Shown piece by piece: positions 55,157-56,159 of a DNA stretch of 56,159 bases (positions are counted from its first letter, which is position 1; each line of letters starts with the position of its first letter). This stretch comes from Acidimicrobiia bacterium (lineage in GTDB: Bacteria > Actinomycetota > Acidimicrobiia > Spongiisociales > SHLN01). Both the position numbers and the translations under genes were made by a program. Where the stretch lies: NCBI GenBank assembly GCA_013002865.1, contig JABDLU010000081.1, positions 1 through 56,159 on the forward strand, read 5' to 3'. The notes under the pieces were generated by a model. It was not told the DNA's origin. It did not search any database and worked only from the letters and a program-made list of their open reading frames with translations.

Positions 55157-55902
55157 TCACGATCAAAGACGAGGCCGGCTTCGAGCGTATGCGGACCGCC
55201 AGTCGCACCGTTGCCGAGGTGCTGGGCGAGCTGCGGGAAGCCGCCGCGCCCGGGGTCAGCATGACCGATCTCGACGCCATTGCGGCCCGGATCATCCGCG
55301 ACCGGGGTTGCACGCCATCCTTCCTCGGCTACCACGGGTACCCGGCGACCATATGCGCGTCTCCCAACAATGTGATCGTCCACGGCATCCCCGACGGCTA
55401 CACGTTGAAGGAGGGGGACATCTTGTCGGTGGACGTGGGCGCCATTTACGAGGGATTCCACGGCGACGCCGCCAGAACCTTCGCCATCGGTGAAGTGCCC
55501 GATCAGGTCTCCAAACTCATCCAGGTCACCGAGGAATCGATGAACGCTGGGATCAGCCAGGTCAAGGCTGGCGCCCGGATAGGCGACATCGGAGCCGCCG
55601 TCCAGCAGGTGGCGGAGGGGGCCGGGTTCTCGGTGGTTCGTGAGTACGTCGGACACGGCATCGGGGAAGCAATGCACGAGGAGCCCCAGATACCCAACTA
55701 CGGCGACCGCGGCAGAGGCATGAAGCTGAAAAAGGGCATGGCGATCTGTATCGAGCCGATGGTCAATGTCGGCGACTGGCGCACCGAGGTGCTGGACGAC
55801 GGCTGGACGGTGGTCACCGCCGACGGCAGCCTTTCCGCCCACTTCGAGAACACCATCGCAATCACGACCGACGGCGTCGAAGTGATGACGGCGGACGGCT
55901 AG
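55153..55902 (+). CDS. map: Methionine aminopeptidase type I
   Basis: VHGIP, DVG, GD, GHGIG..MHEEP, IEPM, SAHFENT. Confidence 0.97.
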   Translation: MITIKDEAGFERMRTASRTVAEVLGELREAAAPGVSMTDLDAIAARIIRDRGCTPSFLGYHGYPATICASPNNVIVHGIPDGYTLKEGDILSVDVGAIYEGFHGDAARTFAIGEVPDQVSKLIQVTEESMNAGISQVKAGARIGDIGAAVQQVAEGAGFSVVREYVGHGIGEAMHEEPQIPNYGDRGRGMKLKKGMAICIEPMVNVGDWRTEVLDDGWTVVTADGSLSAHFENTIAITTDGVEVMTADG

Positions 55903-55910
55903 CGCCGTTC

Positions 55911-55959
55911 GGTCAGTGGTCAGTAGTCAGTGGTCAGTAGTCAATGGTCAGTGGCCAGC
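55911..55959. repeat. Heptamer array RGTCAGT-type x7
   Basis: GGTCAGT GGTCAGT AGTCAGT GGTCAGT AGTCAAT GGTCAGT GGCCAGC; a rotation of the reverse complement of the TGACCAC unit at 27748. Confidence 0.88.
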
Positions 55960-56054
55960 GGGTGGCCTTCGGCCGCCCCGCTCAGGCTTGCTGTTACGTA
56001 GTAACCCTTGCTAATATCCTCTGTCTGGCTGCCCGCGGCCTTTTTGGGTCTAGC

Positions 56055-56159
56055 GTGGCTAAACGAGACGACGTAATTGAGATCGAGGGCACTGTCGTCG
56101 AGCCTCTCCCGAACGCCATGTTCCGAGTGAAGCTCGACAACGAGCATGAAGTCCTTGCC
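56055..56159 (+). CDS. infA: Translation initiation factor IF-1 (truncated by window edge)
   Basis: GTG start; [35 protein letters not shown]. Confidence 0.95.
   Translation, partial: MAKRDDVIEIEGTVVEPLPNAMFRVKLDNEHEVLA

Overview
High-GC bacterial chromosomal segment. Synteny and protein signatures suggest Actinomycetota, probably Acidimicrobiia (inference). It carries most of the transcription/translation superoperon: tRNA-Tyr/Thr/Met, rpmG, a fused HadA-HadB-like dehydratase, an ECF sigma with ZAS anti-sigma, tRNA-Trp, secE-nusG-rplKA, rplJL, rpoBC, rpsLG-fusA-tuf, the S10 and spc operons, and secY/adk/map/infA. Accessory blocks interrupt it, including a purine biosynthesis cluster with a PurN-PurH fusion, a hydantoinase/oxoprolinase pair, a VioB-type ferritin-like protein and an orphan TadG/VWA protein. 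The most unusual signal is non-coding. About 11 arrays of 7-bp tandem repeats use many different but related units, keep a 7-bp register while the unit morphs (29 units at 27601-27803), start just after stop codons and show a consistent strand polarity. They sit next to C-GNA-G triloop hairpins and an ~84-bp dispersed repeat, and they have been absorbed in-frame into the C-terminal tails of ribosomal proteins L4 and S3. No enzyme that could generate or mobilise them is visible in the window. All calls are from reading the sequence; no database searches were run.
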